DNA of 64,000 nucleotides from an uncultured Acidobacteriota bacterium (GTDB lineage Bacteria; Acidobacteriota; Polarisedimenticolia; J045): NCBI GenBank assembly GCA_963702425.1, contig CAVPCQ010000040.1, positions 1 to 64,000 of the forward strand, read 5' to 3'. Shown piece by piece: positions 62,304 to 64,000 of this stretch (position 1 is its first letter; each line of letters starts with the position of its first letter). The notes under the pieces were generated by a model. It saw only the letters and a program-made list of their open reading frames with translations, ran no database searches and was not told where the DNA came from. The position numbers and the translations under genes were made by a program.

Positions 62304-64000
62304 TCACTGCTTGGTCGCTGTCAGTTGCGCGGCACCCTGGCTCTGCAACTTCGGTTGGCTCACGGTAGTTCGTATCTTCTTGATCTTGTCCTGAATGACC
62401 CGCAGCAGTGCTGCTTTCTTGTTTGGATCTGAGGTCGCGGCCCAGCTCTTGACGAGCGACTCGATTTGCGAGAAGGGGACCGGCGATCCCGCCGACCGTC
62501 CCGTTTGCGCATTGAAGCTGACAATTGCGTTGTATGTGGCGCGCGCCGCGTTTACGAGTTTATCGGGGTTCCGGGTCGTATCGTCCGGGGACTTCGCCCA
62601 GGGCTTCATGCTTTCTGCGGCATGGCCAAGTCCGTTTCGATACCCCGCGTGAGCGTAGGCATCCTGCTTCACGTGAAGCGCTTCGCCAAGTCCGAGCGTG
62701 GATGAGGTGACGACAGCCTCTTGGAAGAATGCCTGCTGCTGTGCTGTGCAGATTGGGAACGAGTGCCAGCGCGCTTGATTGTCGATCCCTTCCGGTGTCA
62801 CTTTGCTCGCTGGTGTGTTGTCGTCAACGGCCGCGTCCCCGAAGGCGATGGCCGAAGCGTCGGCGTTGCTTGACCCGGCTGCAACCGCGAGCACCGCGGT
62901 GAGGTCGTTGTGGACGTCCTCGCCGTATCGTCCATCTGGATCGCGATATCGGAGCGGATTGCCGAAGGCATAGCTGTACCTGTTGAATGACGACGGCACT
63001 TGCAGTTCCCCTGTGACGGTATCGGCGCTTACGAAGGCCGCCACCGCGCTTCCGTAGTACCGCGCCCCCATGTAGTCCAGCCCCGTCGCCAGGTCCCGCT
63101 CGTGCCCCGTGAACTGCCGCGTGCTCCCCCCGACCGACGGCGTCGCGCTCTGCGGCATCCGCGCGCCGTACGGATAGTCGTCGTACCCCACGACCACGTA
63201 CCCCGCTTCGTCCGTCACGTTCCGCAGCGTCCCGAGGTGGTCGCGGTGGTGGTACCAGTTGACGAAAGCCGGCCCGCTCGGCGGGTCCGGCGGGTCCTGC
63301 CCTCCACCGGGGCAGGGGTTCATGCCGATCCCCTGCTCGCCCGCCTCCGCGGAGGGCAGACCGGCCATCGGGCTCGCCGCCGCATCCACGGTCTCCAGGT
63401 AGAGCGCGCCACACGGCGCCGACAGCGCCTGCGACGCCAGGGTGTACGACAGCACGCTCGACGGCAGCGCCGTCGGGGTCAGCAGCACCGTCGTCTGCCC
63501 GTCGCTGGATCGGAAGAACAGGCGCTGGGCTTTTCCCGTGTCCTGCACCAAGCCCCAGCGCACCACCAGGTTGTTCGACGCCCAGTGGATCGCGAGCGCT
63601 CGGACCGGGTTGGGAGAGGTCGCCGTCACGGCTGGATCGTACGCCAGGGAGACCGGGGCCGAATAGCCCGATCCGACCTGGCCGTCCTTCCGGATCCGGA
63701 CCGCGTTCGACTCCAGGGGCGAGAGCGCGCTCTCCGGCAGCGTGAACCGCCCCTGGGCGTCGAGCGTCACCCCCGTGACCCGATTCCGGTAGCCGGAGGG
63801 CGCCGCGATGTCCACCGTGTACGATCCGGCGCCCGCTCCCGCGGTCACCACGAAGCGCTCGTTCGTTCCGCTCGTCAACGGGCTGTTCGCCGCCATCTCG
63901 GGCGGGGCCACGCCGACCTTGCGCTCCACCAGCAGTTTCCCCAGCCCGTACACGAAGTCCGCCTTCAGCACCGGGCCCCCGCTGGTCGGGGTTTCCACGA
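62304..64000 (-). CDS. RHS protein/cassette A (5'-partial) with a Zn-PLC/P1-nuclease/HET-C-like toxin
   Basis: Open frame runs off the window end. RHS core through NPLRYRDPDGR; tip YGEDVH...WHSF...LGEALHVKQDAYAH...GH...PD. Confidence 0.88.
   Translation of the reverse strand, partial: VETPTSGGPVLKADFVYGLGKLLVERKVGVAPPEMAANSPLTSGTNERFVVTAGAGAGSYTVDIAAPSGYRNRVTGVTLDAQGRFTLPESALSPLESNAVRIRKDGQVGSGYSAPVSLAYDPAVTATSPNPVRALAIHWASNNLVVRWGLVQDTGKAQRLFFRSSDGQTTVLLTPTALPSSVLSYTLASQALSAPCGALYLETVDAAASPMAGLPSAEAGEQGIGMNPCPGGGQDPPDPPSGPAFVNWYHHRDHLGTLRNVTDEAGYVVVGYDDYPYGARMPQSATPSVGGSTRQFTGHERDLATGLDYMGARYYGSAVAAFVSADTVTGELQVPSSFNRYSYAFGNPLRYRDPDGRYGEDVHNDLTAVLAVAAGSSNADASAIAFGDAAVDDNTPASKVTPEGIDNQARWHSFPICTAQQQAFFQEAVVTSSTLGLGEALHVKQDAYAHAGYRNGLGHAAESMKPWAKSPDDTTRNPDKLVNAARATYNAIVSFNAQTGRSAGSPVPFSQIESLVKSWAATSDPNKKAALLRVIQDKIKKIRTTVSQPKLQSQGAAQLTATKQ

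Noticed and set aside
55210-64000. Near-identical repeats as a DGR template/variable pair
   Set aside because: There is no reverse transcriptase, and differences are mostly synonymous and not adenine-specific. RHS orphan cassettes explain them.

Overview
High-GC bacterial DNA (about 70% GC by eye). The gene content suggests an Acidobacteria- or delta-proteobacterium-like organism (inference). Many otherwise intact genes carry 1-bp frameshifts, probably long-read consensus errors. Bases 1-40,000 are metabolic and transport genes: MatB-like acyl-CoA ligase, typA, glgP, ppk2, an RND efflux trio, cardiolipin synthase, the DUF2950/DUF3300 pair, and a porin-aspA-DASS-aspT-asparaginase operon. These are followed by mltF, a SemiSWEET-GH13-GH63 set, gnd, a second AspT-family exchanger, an L-serine dehydratase with a Tat-lipoprotein leader, and a cNMP-AckA-PduL triple fusion. 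Bases 40,000-50,000 hold thiN, toxin-antitoxin remnants, small enzymes, an RpoH-like sigma factor, a Nudix/PD-(D/E)XK nuclease fusion, a CocE hydrolase and two repeat elements. Bases 50,200-64,000 are the most striking part: a minus-strand array of five RHS C-terminal cassettes. Each carries all or part of an unusual 217-aa beta-rich insertion just before the RHS core. Four end in toxin tips (two Zn-PLC/P1-nuclease/HET-C-like, one HExxH peptidase, one permuted papain-like), each followed by an envelope-targeted candidate immunity gene. The two HET-C-like toxins are each followed by homologous small membrane proteins that I do not recognise. A complete IS21 with a 6-bp target duplication interrupts the last, truncated cassette.
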